Of a DNA stretch of 64,000 nucleotides, positions 62,613 through 64,000 are shown one piece after another. Both the position numbers and the translations under genes were made by a program. Under the pieces are notes generated by a model, which worked only from the letters and a program-made list of their open reading frames with translations, was not told the DNA's origin and searched no databases. The stretch's first letter is position 1. Each line of letters opens with the position of its first letter. Source of the stretch: Spirochaetia bacterium (GTDB lineage Bacteria; Spirochaetota; Spirochaetia; SZUA-6; Bin103); the NCBI GenBank assembly GCA_965208575.1, contig CBDBOV010000001.1, positions 32,001 to 96,000 on the forward strand, given 5' to 3'.

Positions 62613-63797
62613 ATGGGCGGGCTGACAAGAATCCATGTGCAGAACTATCGAGCTCTCGCCGATGTCGAGTTGGAGGTGGGGCCGATCAACCTGGTATTCG
62701 GCCCGAACGGCGCCGGCAAGTCCACGCTGCTCGACTCACTCTATTTCTTTCGAGATTGCGCGATTCGCGGTGTTGAAACTGCTTCGTCCGAACGCGATCA
62801 CGGTATCGGCATTCTCTGGGATGGAGCGGTCGAGAGCCCGCGTATCACCGTCGAGTTGGAATACAGCAACGTCACATACGGTCTCTCGTTCGTCCTTTCG
62901 TCGGGCAGGATTGACCCGTTTCCTGGGGAGCGGCTGTTGTCATCTACACGATCGACTGCTCTCATTGACAGGCGGTCGGGGTCGGACAAGGCAAGTTTAT
63001 TCCACACGAGTATCGGGCAGGCGGTAGAGATCGGCTTGCGCGAACCCGAGAAGCTTAGCTTGGGTCTCTTCCTGGATTTCAACAGTGGCGATGACGAAGC
63101 CAGACCGCTTGACCAATTACTTCATTACGTTCGCTTGTATCATTCTCGATCTTTTCTTCTCCACAGCCTCAAACGAGTTGGCTCCGAGAGCAGTCCTCAG
63201 ACGAGATTGTGGGATCTCGGAAACAACGCTTGGTCTGTGCTCAGGAACCTTCAGGACAAGCGCAACGTCGACGACCGTTATGACACGATTATGCGACTCA
63301 TGAATGACGCTTTTCCTGAGTTTGACGACATCGTCTTGCAACAGACTGGACCTTCGACGGTGTACGCGAGTTTTCTGGAGAGAGGACGCCGAAGCGAGAT
63401 ATTCGCCTCCGGCGCATCGGATGGAGTTCTGCAATTGCTGCTTCTACTCATTGCCCTGTTTTCGGAAGGATATCGCGAGTCCGTCCTCCTATTCGACGAG
63501 CCGGAAACGTCGCTCCACCCATGGGCGATGGTCGTATTCGCACGGGCCGTAAAGCTTGCTGCCTCGCAATGGAACAAACAGGTGTTTGTAGCCACGCACT
63601 CGCCAGTTCTCATCAGTCAGTTCGAGCCGCGGGACATCCTGGTCGCGGGAGTGGAGGATGGCCGCGCCCGCTTCGATCGCTTGTCAGAAATCGACGAGAT
63701 ACGAGATCTGCTCGAGGACTACGCCGCCGGGTCGCTGTACATGTCGGAAGCCATCGCCGGCCAGGGACCGCAGGCCGTCAAGAAGCGCAGAAGATGA
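62613..63797 (+). CDS. AAA_21/ABC-type ATPase (COG4637-like)
   Basis: VQNYRAL, GPNGAGKS, ASDG, FDEPETSLHP, ATHSP. Lower GC. Confidence 0.9.
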   Translation: MGGLTRIHVQNYRALADVELEVGPINLVFGPNGAGKSTLLDSLYFFRDCAIRGVETASSERDHGIGILWDGAVESPRITVELEYSNVTYGLSFVLSSGRIDPFPGERLLSSTRSTALIDRRSGSDKASLFHTSIGQAVEIGLREPEKLSLGLFLDFNSGDDEARPLDQLLHYVRLYHSRSFLLHSLKRVGSESSPQTRLWDLGNNAWSVLRNLQDKRNVDDRYDTIMRLMNDAFPEFDDIVLQQTGPSTVYASFLERGRRSEIFASGASDGVLQLLLLLIALFSEGYRESVLLFDEPETSLHPWAMVVFARAVKLAASQWNKQVFVATHSPVLISQFEPRDILVAGVEDGRARFDRLSEIDEIRDLLEDYAAGSLYMSEAIAGQGPQAVKKRRR

Positions 63798-64000
63798 ATC
63801 TCTCCAATTCAGGTGGCGACCAGGATTGGCGATTCACGCACTTTGGCCTGATTGTGACAGGACACACGGAAGAGAGATGTCTCCTGGATTTATTTCGGAT
63901 CATGCAAGCGACTGGCGCGTGCACATTCCGAGTAATTAGAAGGATCACGCAACGATCTCCACGATCGAAGCAGCATCAGCTGAGGATGGTAGGTAGCGGC
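63794..64000 (+). CDS. Probable DUF4276/TOPRIM-like partner, 5' part only
   Basis: ATGA overlap with the ATPase. Open to the window end: MNLSNSGGDQDWRFTHFGLIVTGHTEERCLLDLFR... Confidence 0.65.
   Translation, partial: MNLSNSGGDQDWRFTHFGLIVTGHTEERCLLDLFRIMQATGACTFRVIRRITQRSPRSKQHQLRMVGSG

Overview
A very GC-rich bacterial chromosome segment with about 55 genes. Several features suggest a high-GC Spirochaetota lineage, possibly host- or sponge-associated: the style of the Dpp-type binding protein, the CesT-like/pspA pair, the Lgt sequence and DUF6062. This is inference, not a database result. Core and metabolic content: a peptide/nickel-type ABC transporter, a siroheme nitrite/sulfite reductase with a HEPN-like tail, a PptH-like phosphoesterase + PPTase pair, DUF4914, a gamma-carbonic anhydrase family protein, a MocR regulator with a divergent flavin-binding protein, a sulfatase, an M16 peptidase, sugar-catabolism genes, an ATP-dependent DNA ligase, YegD-like Hsp70, a CofE-like ligase, membrane pyrophosphatase, pspA, an NtrC-type regulator, rsmE, ctpA, lgt, tRNA-Val(CAC) and a PPi-type PFK. 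Small lower-GC accessory cassettes are interspersed: a putative toxin coupled to an HTH-ImmA/IrrE protease next to a decayed Phd antitoxin, two PIN toxin-antitoxin pairs, and two ABC-ATPase + small TOPRIM-like partner modules (one broken by an in-frame TGA). Window-wide oddities: long in-frame Ala/Gly/Pro-rich loop insertions in conserved enzymes, many short tandem repeats, and repeated TANNNT boxes 5-8 nt before start codons (probable leaderless mRNAs). No CRISPR array, rRNA, transposase, integrase or reverse transcriptase was seen. All product calls come from motif recognition by eye.
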